Assembly (NCBI GenBank): GCA_036172245.1
Contig: JAYWIR010000026.1
Coordinates: forward strand, 2,542,001 to 2,606,000
From: Raillietiella orientalis
Taxonomy: Eukaryota
Length of the DNA: 64,000 nt
Direction: 5' to 3'
Shown here: positions 11,265 to 23,599 of the stretch, one piece after another
Layout: each line of letters opens with the position of its first letter
How positions within the stretch are numbered: the stretch's first letter is position 1
Made by a program: the position numbers and the translations under genes
Notes under the pieces: model-generated
Database searches by the model: none
Told to the model about the DNA's origin: nothing
Seen by the model: only the letters and a program-made list of their open reading frames with translations

Positions 11265-14200
11265 CTAAGGAGAACCGTTGCCGCTGCATCTGTATTTCAC
11301 CATCAGATTCGTAGAGTACTCGAAGATCGCGAAGTTGCATCCGGTCAGCATCGCTGATTTTATCAAGCTGGGAAACATGCCTTTGTAGAGAGATAACGTC
11401 CCTTCGTTTCTGACGATCGATAGAAGGCATTGGAAAGCGCTTCGTCCCTCCACACCCTGGAATGACGGCGAAGGTCGTTGAGCCACCGCACACCGAGAAG
11501 GAGTTGATTCCACTTGCCACTTTTGTGCTCCCGGGGTCACTGTACCGGGATCCTTCGATCTGCATTCGCTTCTTGAGTAAATCCAAAGGATACAGGAGAA
11601 ACTTGGCCGTCACTCCAGAGAGGGAAGCCAAGACAAAGTACTCGTGCGGCTTCAGGAATTCTCCTCCTGGAAGGAGAGCGGCGGATCCGGAAGATGCTGG
11701 AAACGTGCCTCTTACGGTCAAAGGACCTCCTGTACAACGTGATCAAGATCCGGTAGAACGAGAAGTTGAAGCCGTTTTGCAATCCCGTTTGCAGGATGTT
11801 CACTTGGATTCCCCGGTAAAACGTTCCGAGCCCGTCGGTTTTGTACATCTCTTTCGCGGCGTGGAAGAATCCTTCGCATGTCCCCCGTGGGAGGAGACGG
11901 GAAGAGGCGGCGCCGAGCATACGTACGCACTTCGCGCTCGTGCACGGCGATGAACCGGGTCCGCAGCACGTCCAGCGGGAAGGTCATGAAGGTCGCTGTC
12001 ATGGAGGACGCTCCGCCGCAGATCAAGTGGTACACGAAACTGTACTTTTGCTTCAGTTTCCCGGGAACATGATTCCAGAACGCTTTGGTGTAGAGCTCGA
12101 AGGCTGCAAACTGAAACAATGCGGGACTCTGGGAAGCTTCGGCAAGTTCGGGAAACTGCGGGTCGAGCTGCGGAGCTCTGCCTTCGCGCGAAGCAGGGGA
12201 GACGAGAAGTGCCGCCCGCCCGCGGGCCCCCCTCCTCCCCGTAGATCCGCGAAAAGTCTGTTCGACGCTGCAAGACGGAAACGGAAGCGGTCGCCTGGCT
12301 ACCTGTTTTTTCCTCGGCTCCTATTGGCTGCGGGGAACAAACGTAGCAACAGGATGTTTCCGGATTTGCTTGGAAGGGGGGGAAGAAGGACGGTTCATTG
12401 AAGGCTCGCGTGGCGCCGTTTGCACGGGATCGGGCGAAACCCCACGAGTGGCTCCAAAAAGTGACCTACGCATGCTCCGTTCGCTTTCGTACAACTTGAA
12501 CGTCCACCGCTAGAGGAGAACCGCCGGCAAGCAGAGCGTCGAGGAACTCTGGGCAGCACAGTCTCGACATAATGACGAGGCGACCTGGATGAAGGAGTTC
12601 GTTGCAGGGATCGGTTTCAGCGGGATCATCCTTTTTCCTTTCCCGCGTCCACGTTGCACCTGCAAGCGCTACGTCCCGCGCTTGTAGGTGCCGTCGCAGC
12701 GGGGAGCGAACCCGTTGCTCCCCCTCGGTAGTTGGGATCAGTCGGCTTGCGTCTCACGGCTTTTGCACGCAGGGCGTCATTCGCGCAGTCGTGGGTTCGC
12801 CCCAGAGCGACGGTGGTTCCCGACGCCCGCGACGTGCCCCGGATCGGTTCGGGTTGCCACAGCGCGATCGGCTTGACGTGGAAGGCCGTCCCGAGCGGAA
12901 AAGCTCCAAGGAAGCGCCGCTCGGCTAGGAATGGCAATGACCCGGTTCTTTGAACCGGGTCATTGCCGAGGTGGAGCAACGTACGGCGTAAATGCAAATC
13001 GTTGCTTCGCGATCGCCTCTTCCAGCACCCGCGTGCCGGCACGAAGATGGCGGAGGTAAGGACAGCGAGCTCTTGGATCGACCCGATGCAGGGGTCGCTC
13101 TCCTCTCTTTCCGAAGGAAGCCCCCGGGGAAGATGCCCGGCGGTCAGAAAGAGCGGAAGAGCGCGTCCTCTGTCGGATTCTCCAAGAAAAAACCCGAGCG
13201 ATTCACGAGGACTCTCCTCCTTCGGAGATGATGCGCTGCCATTGGAAAAGCAAAAAGATGAAGTAGCGGGAACGCGTTTCGACTAAACGCATGTTGAGGG
13301 CAGGCGAAAGAAGTTCCGTGCAGGGAGGAAGGGAGGGGGGAGGGGAGGGGAGGAGGAGGAAGAAGGGAAGGAGGCAATTCGATTTTTCGAGACCACCCAA
13401 GAGATGCCGGGTGCAAATCTGCAGGTTCTCAGACGGGGGTCCGCGTCGACAATCCCGGGAAGGCGAAAAGGGGAGGATGGGCCTGGTTGGGGTGATGATT
13501 GCGTTACTTGAACTGCTCCGAAGGTGATCGAGAACCACTGAGCAGTCAGGTGGCCTTTCCAGAATGTTTGCACGCCCTCTCTAAGATAAATGAAACGCAC
13601 GGCCTGCCCGATGCTTTTGTATCTGCCGGCGGTCGTGGATGCGATGGGCTCTTTCTGAAGCTGAAATCACAACCGCGAATTACAAAACTCGAATCAGTGG
13701 ACCTTCCGCGAGTTGTTCTCCCCGAGGGAGAGTCGCTTCGCCCCGGCGAATTCATTCCCGAAGTTCCCGCGCGGTCCTCTCTCGCCGCACCAGTCGAAGA
13801 CGCGGCAAAGCGCGCATGCGTCATGACGGCGTTCTCCGCCGACATCCGTGTCAGCGAGGACCGCTGCAGATCGACCCAGGCAAGAGAAATTTTGCACCGC
13901 GGCCTCTAGGGAAGGACGAACGCTCGGCGGGTTCGAGAGGTCGTAGGGCTGTGCCTCCGGGTGCGGAAGAGGGCAGACGGAGGCTCTTCTTCCCTGAAGA
14001 CCCTGAAGGCGCTGTGGCACTGCCGTCCAGTCGGAACTCCTCGGGGCAGTCGAATCAAGCGAAAAGTGCGAGCAGATGGACCGGACCGCGTTCCTCGGGG
14101 GGCAGGCCCTGCTCGCCTTCGTGCACAGCACTGTTTGGGGAGGGGGAGGGACGGGGATGAGGGCCGCCCTTTGTTCCTTCCGCAGCGTCTGAAGGTAATA

Positions 14201-16764
14201 CAGCGCACGCCTCGATATGGTCACCTTTGATGAAAGAGAAGTTTGCCATAAGCAACCCTTGTTATATAGTCAGCGCTCTCACCCATTCGATAAGGGACAC
14301 TTTTCTTTAAGCGTTTGCGTTCATCCGCTGAAGAACCTGAGTTGAATTTACCGATCGTACCCCAGATGACCTGCCCATGGCAACACTGCTCAATCCCATA
14401 GCAGGAGAGGGAAAGTGTAGTAGGTGAGTCTGAGATTACGGGATGGGCGGAAGAAGAAAACGGAGGAAATCATGATCTGGATGCCACCACGAACGCTCCT
14501 GCGGAGCATGCAGAAGAAAATTGAGATGAGGGAGAGTGACCATGCTCAGAAATTCGACAAAAGCTTTTTGACCACTCGTTCCGTTTGGCTGCTGAGTGGT
14601 CAGAAAGCGTCTGCCTTCCTGTTCGTGATGTTCTTCTCATGAGGAGGATACGGGGAAAAGCAATCGTGAAGGAGTTTGAATGAAATTTTGTATCGTACCA
14701 TGATCGTCATTTACCGTACAGTACCATTATTTTTACTTTTGTAACGCTACTGAATTTGTTCATTTGACTGTAAAAATTCATGTTACTGCTCGACAAATTT
14801 TGTTCCTTTTATTTAATTATCCAGGATTCATTTTTATTTTTTTTTATTCAGACCATCTCGATACAACCAAGAACATTCCATAAAGGCAACAACATTTCTC
14901 AAATTTCGATTCCAGCAAAGGTGACCATATCGAATGCTGTACAGTGTACAGCATTCGATACGCAAAGCCGCGGTGGTGGTGATGGTGGTGGTGGGCAAAA
15001 CGGAAGCGCACTCTGGTAGAGCATCGGCTTCCCCGAAGGGTCCACGGTGAGGTCCACGATCCGGACCGAACGAAACTGCGCAAGGAATCTCCTCCGCCGT
15101 CGTCTTCGGTGACCCTTCCACCACCCATCGAAGTGGCCGGCGGTTCAAACTCCGAGGGCAGGTCGTTCACAGCATGTATGGTTTCAGCTCCAGTCCGTCT
15201 CCGCGGGTTCCACGAGAGTCTCCCCGGCGCAGCAGACCCGGCGCCCCTTCCGTAGAGGTGGGACCCGCTGGCGGCGCCTCGCCGTTCCACCGCGGTTCCA
15301 CTTCCCATCCACTCCTCGGCGTTGAGCTTCCCTCGCCGAGAGGAAGCTGCCCGTTCGCGTGGCTCGGACGGCTGGTGGTGGCCTGCGCTCCGATGCGGTC
15401 GGCTCCAGGGGCTATTCAAAACGGATAAGGTCGGCAGCACCTGCGACCTCGGGAGTCGGGCTCCCACGGGGAACTTGCAAGAGGGGTCCTTTCCGCAGAA
15501 CGCTCTCGCGCAGCGAGGGGTCGAACCCACGCCCCACCGGAGGTCGGAGAGCTGCCGCGTACGCGCGAATAGCGGGTGCGGAACGCGGCAGCGCGCGAAG
15601 ACTCCCCGCGGGACGGTCGGACGTCTGCGCCCGCCGCCGGGTGGCGAAGGACGCACTCCCGTCTCTGCCCTCTTCCGAAGGCGGCCCAGCGTCCCCCCCT
15701 GGACGGGCCGGGTGGTCCAACACGCTTGCGCTGAGCTCCAGCGTCTTCAGCTGCGGGAATTCGCATCCTGTCTTTTGAGCTTCGAGCGGTTCAAGGCGAG
15801 CCGTTCCAGTCTCGGCACCGCGTAATTTTCCAAGAACCACTCCAAGAAGTCCGGGAAAACAGACGCCCGTGGTCGCCGGCGATTCGAAGCAAGCGCAAGC
15901 CCCATTATCCCCCATGAGAAACGGGCGTCACCCCCCGCTTCGTGGAGATTCCCTCGCTCCCCTGCCGCTGCCTGCTTCGCTTCTTGAAAAAATTATTCAG
16001 AAAAATGCCGAGTTTTGAATTTCTCTTTATGCTGCTGCCGTGTGTGTTGCGACAACGGCAGCAGCAATAAAAATCCAGGATCAAGGCTTTCAACGGATTA
16101 CTGCGGGACCAGGGGAGAGCGCCATTCCTTTCGTTCGCTCCCTCACGAGCAGAGAAAAGTCTAGGTTTCCAGGGGGTTCCTGCCAAGCCAAACCACACCC
16201 GGACCCCCAATCCTGCTTCGAGGGAGTCTCCGAAGCCCACTGTGCCGCCATATGCATTTTGCTCTCGGCTTTCGAAGAACCTTTGTGCTCTCCCGGCATC
16301 CGCGCCCGCGCAGGTGCTCTTTCGACTGCCCCCCCGGGTGTCCATCGCGACCCGGGGATCGTGGGGGACCGCGAAAGGATGCGGGGCGGTCGAGTTGAAA
16401 ACCCTCGATTCTGGCAAGCATGCGCTCAGCCGGTGGGTCTGAGCTCTCCCACGTTTAGCCGCCATTTAATTTTTCCTGCAGCAGCAGTCTCGACTTTTTT
16501 TCCCCCCTTTCCGCACACAACTCTGCGGACGTTGATCGGGAAGGCGTTTTGCTTGTTTGTTTGCTTGCTTCCCCCCCCCCCCCTGCCCTCCCCCTCGTTT
16601 TTCCGATTTGACTAAAAATAGCGGTACTGCACCTGGAACCGTATTTTTAAAACATCAGCTGGGTGGCTCAGCAGTCTTGATGTGGCACCACTGCACGCTC
16701 CGGCCAGCAGATAGTCAGACGTCTGCAGGTTTTTTTTCATGCTGTCGGGGTCGAATCCAACCAT
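11265..16764 (-). CDS. SLC25A19: Mitochondrial thiamine pyrophosphate carrier; exons 16764-16633, 13660-13508, 12110-11931, ~11884-11716, 11666-11521, 11456-11265
   Basis: N-terminus MVGFDPDS (human MVGYDP). Three carrier signatures: HPADVLKIRFQ, FPLDVLRTRF, YPLDLLKKRMQ. The subfamily motif EGVQTFWKGHLTAQWFSITFGAVQF matches [25 protein letters not shown]. Splice phases are consistent, but the exon 4 acceptor reads CGG rather than CAG. Confidence 0.92.
12933..12967. repeat. Perfect 16-bp inverted repeat with 3-nt loop
   Basis: GGCAATGACCCGGTTC-TTT-GAACCGGGTCATTGCC, in SLC25A19 intron 2. Confidence 0.95.
14201..14939. mobile_element. Non-autonomous Tc1/mariner (pogo/Tigger-like) element in SLC25A19 intron 1
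   Basis: TA on both sides (14199-14200, 14940-14941) and CAGC...GCTG termini. An 18-bp perfect IR core TCGATATGGTCACCTTTG (14212-14229 vs 14916-14933) extends imperfectly to ~34 bp. The interior is AT-richer than the flanks. Confidence 0.7.
14928..14960. repeat. Perfect 16-bp inverted repeat with 1-nt spacer overlapping the MITE right end
   Basis: TATCGAATGCTGTACA-G-TGTACAGCATTCGATA. Confidence 0.95.
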
Positions 16765-18144
16765 GGCGCAAGCGACTTTTGCTGCTCGGCTACCTTGCCC
16801 TTATTTTTTTTTTTCTATCCTTTCTTTGCTCTTTTTTCCTTTTTCACCAACACCTGAAATGCAGTGGCCCGTGAAACAGGGGAGGGTGCTTCTTTGGTCG
16901 AACGTTTTGCCCACCACCACCACCACCACCATTACCACCACCGACGCCGCCGCCGCGGCTTTGCGCGACGCCGACATTCGCACCGCACGTGTTCAGCGGA
17001 CAGAGAAGGAAGACGAGGCAGCAGCAAAGGCTCCGATTTCGAATCCAGATAATTCTTCTTCCTCTCCCCCCCCCCTTCCCTCCCCCCCCCCTCCCCTTGT
17101 ACTTCCGATTCGAGGAGGCGCCCGCCAACAATCGAGCGCGCCAGGCCTGCCAAGTGCAACCGGCGCCCGAGCGCGCTGCTTACAGAAAGTGCGCTTCCTT
17201 TGCAGCGCTTCCTGGGGGGGGGGGGGGACCGTGGGGGCGGGAGAGCCGTCTCTTTCGGTGGAGCGTGCGAAAAGCGGCATATTTGCACGCGCTTACATGG
17301 TAGACAGGCGAGCCTTCCATCCACCGCTGCGCAAAAACTGCAGTGGGTGGCAGTCGAACGACTCGGCCTCTCTTCCTCTTCCGCGACGGGCTTGCATTGC
17401 TTTTCGGGAAGTTCCGTGATGCGTGACTATGGAGAACACGAACGAAAAACAAAAGCGCGCCCACGGACAGAAGTACTGACGATTCGGCGCACCCACTGAT
17501 CCGTGCCGTGAAACATCTGCGCTTTGTGCGTGTGTTTTTCGTGCTCAGTGTGACTTTTTGGCAAGCGCTGGTGCGCCGAATCGGTCGCGGTCGTCACTGC
17601 CGGCGGGCACGCAAGTGCGAGAGTCAGGAGGCTGCGCAGGTGCGTACGCGGCAGCGCGCGCGCACGGAGATTCGCCGCGGGACGTTCGGAAAGGTTCGCA
17701 GGGGAATTTCGAGGGTTCTCCTGCACCCCGTGCTCCGGGAGCCCTGAAGAGGCTCTTCCCCTGGGTTGCCTGGCAGACGCGAGAAGACGGCTGGGGATTT
17801 TTTTTGGCCCTCCTTGTTTTTCGGCTTCCCTGGCAACAGCGCCGTCTTCCCTGAAAGAGGGAAATGCCAACCGGCACAGTTCTCCTGCTCCAAGTCTCAC
17901 GACCCACAAAAGACACCTCACGGGTGGATGGCCCGCCGAGTCGACAGGAGCACCTCCAAGCATTTCGGGATCCCGCTCCGATGGGCTGACCTTTTGCCTT
18001 CCCCAGGACCTAGCGGTTCTCAACACAGCGTTAGGACAGCTCGATGCTCCGCGCTCAGGTCGCGTCAGCCTCTCGCAGATTTTCCACCCGGTTTTGCAGG
18101 GAATTCATTATAAAGAGAGTAATAAAAAATACTCGTTTTTTGTG

Positions 18145-18700
18145 GTTATCACCCGGTGGCACCGGGCCGTTTATCATAAAATAAACAAATAGGTGCAGGA
18201 AACCAGGTTCTTATAGAAGCGAACAAAAAAGAAGTCCATGGAGAGAGGTCGCCGACACGCAGGTCGGTCACCGAGGAAGTCCGGTTCGGGAGGGAAAAGG
18301 CAGTGGAGGAATAGGAAAAAGAGATAAGTAAAGTAGGGGTCCCTGGTCCCATGCGTCTCCTTCCTCGGCAACGGAGCAGCGTGCATAGGTCTCACTGGGC
18401 ATGGTAGGCAAAGCAGCGATCCAGGTGCAGACTGGAAACTGAACTGGAAACTCGCGATCCCTCCCATGCGGTCCGGTTCCGCGGTCCAGCACATCCCGGG
18501 CCGCATTAGGTACAAGCTAGTCCACCACGCTCCGTCTGCTGAGGAACTCCACTCGCGCCCGTTCTTGCCTAGCAGAGTAGGTCGGAGGCTAGAATGCGAC
18601 TCGGCGGACGGTTGGCGGAAGCAGTCCGCTACTGGTGCTCCGCCGCCGTCCTTTCCGATTTGCTCTCGAGGCTGGCAACACGCCGAAGAGACGCCTCTAC
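18145..18700 (-). mobile_element. L1/Tx1-like non-LTR retrotransposon 3' remnant
   Basis: Pyrimidine-rich 3' tract, CCGAC-CTGCGT-GTCGG hairpin, GATAAA and terminal CCCGGT-GCC-ACCGGG hairpin, shared with the RT-bearing copy at 54962-57900. Confidence 0.5.
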
Positions 18701-18849
18701 GCAGCCGCCCACCTCCTGCAGGAGCGGGGCTTCACCGTTCCTTCCTGGTGAACGCGGCTTGAGCCGATCTTAGGGTGAGCGATCCGCCCGGATGTAGCGG
18801 TTTCCGGAAGGGTGGTCACTGCGTGAAGGCGACTGCTCCGGCGAGTCGC

Positions 18850-19790
18850 AATGCGCATCCAGGAAGGTCCGTGTTCCCCACCTTTGTCATGGGTGGAGGG
18901 TTTAGTGGCGTCTTGGATGGACGTAGCCTTGAAAGACGAACTGCCTCGATCTGTCTTGCGCCTGGGAGGGAATCCTGAAGGCAACCTTTTCCTTGTTCTC
19001 TGCAGAAGAACCCTCCGGTTTTGTGGGGGTTGTTCCTTATTTCTTCTACAGAGGGACCTCCCGGAAAAGATTCACTCCTGGTTTCCTCCTCTTAGGAGAA
19101 CCCGAAGGGACGCTTCCCCATTTCTTTGAAGGGCACTCCCCGAAGGGGGCAGAGCGCTCCTTGCACTCCGGAGAGGCAACGGCTCCATGGTACGCGATGA
19201 AGGGTTCCCATCGCTTCCTCGAGGATAGGGGCGGCTGCAGTTGCACAAGCGGAGGGGAGCCCCGCAGGGTCCACTTTCAATCTCGACCCGTCACGGCTCC
19301 CACCAGTACCCCGCTTGGAGCCCGTGAGTCAAAAGCGTCATCCAGCGGAGGTCGACTCGAAACCACGTCGCACCCCCATCTTCTCGGCATCGATCCTTTT
19401 CCTTGGGGGATGCGAACCCGCGGCGCTTGTTATCGCAGCCACACCGCCGCCACCACGGACAGCCCCATTGGCAGAACACTTGGGGTAGCGGCGCCTGTGA
19501 GTTGACGCTTGGTCCAACCACATGGAGGTCTTCTTCTGGAATCAACTTCACAGGAGACCTCCCTTATCGCAAATGGACGACTGCCAGGTTGGTTCCTCAC
19601 AGGAATAAGAAGCGGCGCTGCGGCAAGAGAGGTCCTCCATGCCCAAGAAGCCACGCCGTTCACTCTGGTCATGGAGTGGACAGAGGTCAAAGACAAGCAG
19701 TTGATCAAAGGGAAGCCGGCAGGGTCACGCGATTCACAGGCAGTAGGTGGGGCGGAAAAACGTGTCGCGCGCGCAACGGCTGCGTGATCC
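18850..19790 (+). mobile_element. Degraded L1/Tx1-like ORF1 remnant
   Basis: Degenerate knuckle-like RRCGKRGPPCPR followed by EWTEVK, compare VWTVVEK in the ORF1 tail at 62007-62730. Multiple frameshifts. Confidence 0.3.
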
Positions 19791-21754
19791 TCGTGTCCTT
19801 CGGCTTCTTGCAGCCGATCCCGGTTCGCCGATGGCATGACGCGTAGGGCGGCCGGGTGGTCCGGCGTCGGGAGGGCGCGTTGCGCGAAAGGTGAGAGCCG
19901 CTTGAGGGACCGTCCGGTTCGCCACCTGGGAGACGGAGCGCGAAGTCCACTTTCATCCTCGCCGCGCGCGTTCAAAGCGGTGCATCCCGGCGGTCTGCGC
20001 GGAACGGTGCCTGCGAACGTCCACGCAAGGCGCAGCAGTGGTGTAGCTGCTTACGTGCGCGAGTCTCTGGCCGGGGGCGTCGCGCGCTGCCGACGGAACG
20101 GAGACGCCGTCGCCTTCGGCACCCGGAAGCGTTCCTATCCAGCGTATCCTGACTAAGCGCAATGGACGCGTATGCGTGTGCGCTGGAGTGTCCGCTGGCG
20201 CTGTTCCGCCTTCCAGGCGAGCGGAGGTTTCTCCGTGCCCACAACTGTGTAACCTGGAAGCTCGGCAAGTCGATCTGTGGCTCCCACCTGAGGGAGGGGA
20301 CTGCTGCGTCGAGGCACGTGACTGTCCCTGCGTACGGCATCGTGGTCACAAACCTTGGATGTTGCACGGATCGGGTAGTGTTGAGTTCGAGGGAGAAAAG
20401 AAACAGGGTAGAGGAGCGAACTGCACGACACGCGCGTCCACGCACCCACTGCTAGGTGCTGGCGCTAGCAGACGAGCTGGACGATCTACGTTTGCCCCGC
20501 CAGGAGGTGAGCGAGCTGACGCTAGGCAGAACTTGAGACCCCCACACGTTCGGGGCCCACTACTCTTTAGGAAGGCATCTGCCGCTCCAGACGCTCCCAG
20601 GAAAATCTACCAGGTACGCTTCGCTGAATCATGGGTCATCGATGTCCTTCACGGCCAAATGCTCAGGGAGACCCCAGCTCCCTACGGCATCTCGCGAGAG
20701 ATATACGCCTAGCGTGGCGCCATCTGATAGAAGAGGTTCCGACGGACCCGCCACGTGAATCGCATTTGCAACCAAGTCGCTGACGATAGATGCACGTGGT
20801 GTTCCTTGGAGCGTGTCCGCGCTGTCTCCGTGCCGACGGGAGAAAAATCACGCACCTCCTCCCGCTGGATGATCATGGGGGCCCTCACACCTGTGAGAGA
20901 CTCAGCGGCATCAACAGAGAAGCGCCCGCGTGACTGAGTAACTCCAAGGGCACCTCTCCCTCAGAAAGGACCGCAACCACACGGGCGCGCGGGCGCGGTG
21001 CGGTAGCTCCCGCACCGCGTGCGCGCGAGCTAGGGACGAGCCGCGGGTGTTCCAGGAGCTGCAGGATCGAATTTCTCCGGTGCAATGCGCTAGACCGCCG
21101 TGCCTTCCGGCGTACGTTATGGTGGCCAAGTGCAGCTTCAACGATCCTGGACCCTAACATCCATCTGGCGAAGATCCGGTTCTCTAGGTCGGCATCTCGG
21201 CCGCGAGTGAGTTAGAAATCCTCCAGTAGCACCCTGCTGCCGACGGTGCCTCACAAAACTTATCGCATTTGAACTGCGGCTGGACGGCACACGCAGCTGT
21301 CAACAGGTTACACAAAATAAAAGGACCACAGATGCAGAAGTGCACCACGAGAGGCACCTTCGTCGCGAACGAGTTCCTCGATGTACGCAGCTCGTTTTCG
21401 GACAGCATGTGCATGTCCACTCGGGGAGCAACAGCTCACTGAGTTCCAAAGGGATGAGGGCACGTGACGACTACTTCCAGTAGCTGGCAGAGATTCCCCC
21501 AGGGAAACGCGATCCAGGTGGTACCCCGTTCGTGTGCAGTAGGAAGGTTAAAAGTCTTTTGCGTGCTTTTCGACAGTTCATCCGGTCCATAGATCTCTAT
21601 GTCATGGTCCATCCCTGCAGCAGCCATTCTTGATCCCGGTACGAACAGCAAACAGAGACTGCATCCTCCATGAGAAGCCCGCTCACGAAGGTAGGAGGAC
21701 GTCGAGGAGCACATGGCGGATCGCAAGGAGGACCCGCTAATCGGATTTCTCACC

Positions 21755-22450
21755 CTTCACCCTCCGGTCACGCCGAGGCGTTTGTTCAGGAAACAACAAA
21801 CCCACACGAAAGAAGTGGTAGATCAGGTGATCCTACCACGGTTACTTTTACACGGGGAGGCTGCCGAGGTGCCCTTTCGCAGACCAGCGACCTCGGATTC
21901 GGCAGCCGAGAGGAAGGAAAAAAAGAAAAAAGAAAAACAGAATTAAAAGAAAAATGGAACAAAAAAAATGAAAAAACACCGATGGGAACGGGATGGGACC
22001 ACAGTCTGCCTGGAGGCGTCCACGGGATCTCTTCTAGGAGGGCAGCAAATTCCAACTCCATCTTCTTGCCGGATGGAGCAATCTGGATGCCGATCGCGGG
22101 AAGCGAACGGAGGACTGGCAAGCATTCCTTCCGTCTGGTTCCAGGATCTCACTGAAAGAATCGGTGCTGCTGTGCCATGATGTCGTCTCGAGCACCATGA
22201 GCATCCAAAAGATCGGACTGTAGCTGCAGTTCCAAACTTTCGACTCCTTGATCCAAATTGCGGACCAAGTCATGGACCCGTCAGTGGCGTGCTCCCGCAC
22301 TCCACTTGCTCCGCCCGGGAGCATAGAAATGCTTTCGCCGCAGCCGCGCTGCGGGCAGAGGATGGCTGATCTCGGATACTGCCTAAGACATCCTCTCCAC
22401 AGCCCTGGAAGCCCATCCTTTGATCTCCCGCCTCCCACAAAACTGGGATG
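21755..22450 (-). mobile_element. L1/Tx1-like 3' remnant
   Basis: Degenerate zf-RVT (CPQRGCGESISML, ~22320-22360), C-terminal coding remnant, T-rich tract 21910-21976, structured 3' UTR and terminal hairpin 21761-21778. Confidence 0.55.
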
Positions 22451-22699
22451 ACTGGAAACTGCACGCATTAGAGTCCTCGGTCCCCGCTCCCGAAGTGGGT
22501 CCGGAAGAACTTGGCCTACCGAGGATCCACAAATGCAAACTGCATCCTTTGGAGACGTCCTGCAGGACTGGATGCAGGGAGTCTGGTTAGCTGTTACACT
22601 GCTTGACGCAGCACTGTCTGCCATCAGGGCAAATGACGACGGCGACCCACCGGCTGGAGGAAGTGCTCTTGTTTAATTGAAGGAGTAGAGAAACCCCTG

Positions 22700-23480
22700 G
22701 GAAGGTGCAAGATCGAGCACGTTGGCGGACGGCGCCACTGCTCGTTCCCGGGTCGAGGGTTGCCATCGGCGAAGCGACCTGCTCTGTATGTATCCCTTGT
22801 GGTTCCTCTCCTTGTCCCGCCCCCAGGGAAATGCTCAGGGTGTACTGCTATTCCTTCTCTGGAGATTCCGGTGCATCAGATGCAGGCACCTGCCTCCCGG
22901 CTTCCGGTGACGCTGCTCTCAGCTGACTGTTCCAGGTGCAGGCAATGGAATTGTTCTCTTACCTTCTGTTGGAGTGCAGTGCCCTGGAGGAGATGCGGGG
23001 CAACGACTTTAAGAGCTGTGCTTGCCAATTGAGCACCCGCCGCCACGTTCCGGCGTTCATCACTCCAGCGGGCCGACGGGCAGGCACTGCCTCGGCAATG
23101 ATCTTTTGTACCCGCTACATCGTCACAGCCTGCTCCGTGCCGGAGTCTTGTTCGCAGCGAAGGGAGGTCACCAGCATGGTAGCTGTCTCGATGAGAACGG
23201 CAGCAAGGTGGCCTCACCATCCGGAGAGGTCGCTACCGGAGTTTAACCGGTTTTAGGAACGATGTAGAGTTTCATACCAAAGTCCGTGTCCATACCTTTC
23301 CGTCTTTTGTTTATTTCCTTACTGTTCTCTTCCACCCACTCTGGAATTTCCTAAAACCATCCCGTGTGTCGGTGGACGTTTCCCTGAACTTGTTACTGTT
23401 CGGTACCTGTATTCACGGTCTCCCTGAGTGGCAGTTTATTTATTTCGAAATAAATAACTCGATGTGACCGGGTACAAACG
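22700..23480 (+). mobile_element. L1/Tx1-like ORF2 C-terminus and 3' UTR remnant
   Basis: AMELFSYLLLECSALEEM aligns with ATESFPHLVLDCGALQEL of the 58450-62730 element. It is followed by a T-rich tract, AATAAA and an ACTCG..CGGGT hairpin (23457-23473). Confidence 0.65.
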
Positions 23481-23599
23481 CGGAACTCCTGCAGTCGTGG
23501 TCGGCTTGCACAAAGCATCCTCAGGTGAAACAAAAAGTTTTTCTGGAGTTGCAGGAGCACAAGAGATATCCGGAAGCTTTTCTGGCTTCAGATGCCGTC

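Noticed and set aside
9640..11268. Plus-strand gene converging on SLC25A19, and a serpin-like reading of TKQINAWLEDT on the minus strand
   Set aside because: Some splice-like signals are present, but frames hit stops and no second family motif was found.
12130..18100. Many overlapping 100-270 aa ORFs
   Set aside because: Expected in GC-rich intronic and upstream DNA: Arg/Pro/Gly/Ala-rich, on both strands, with no domains.
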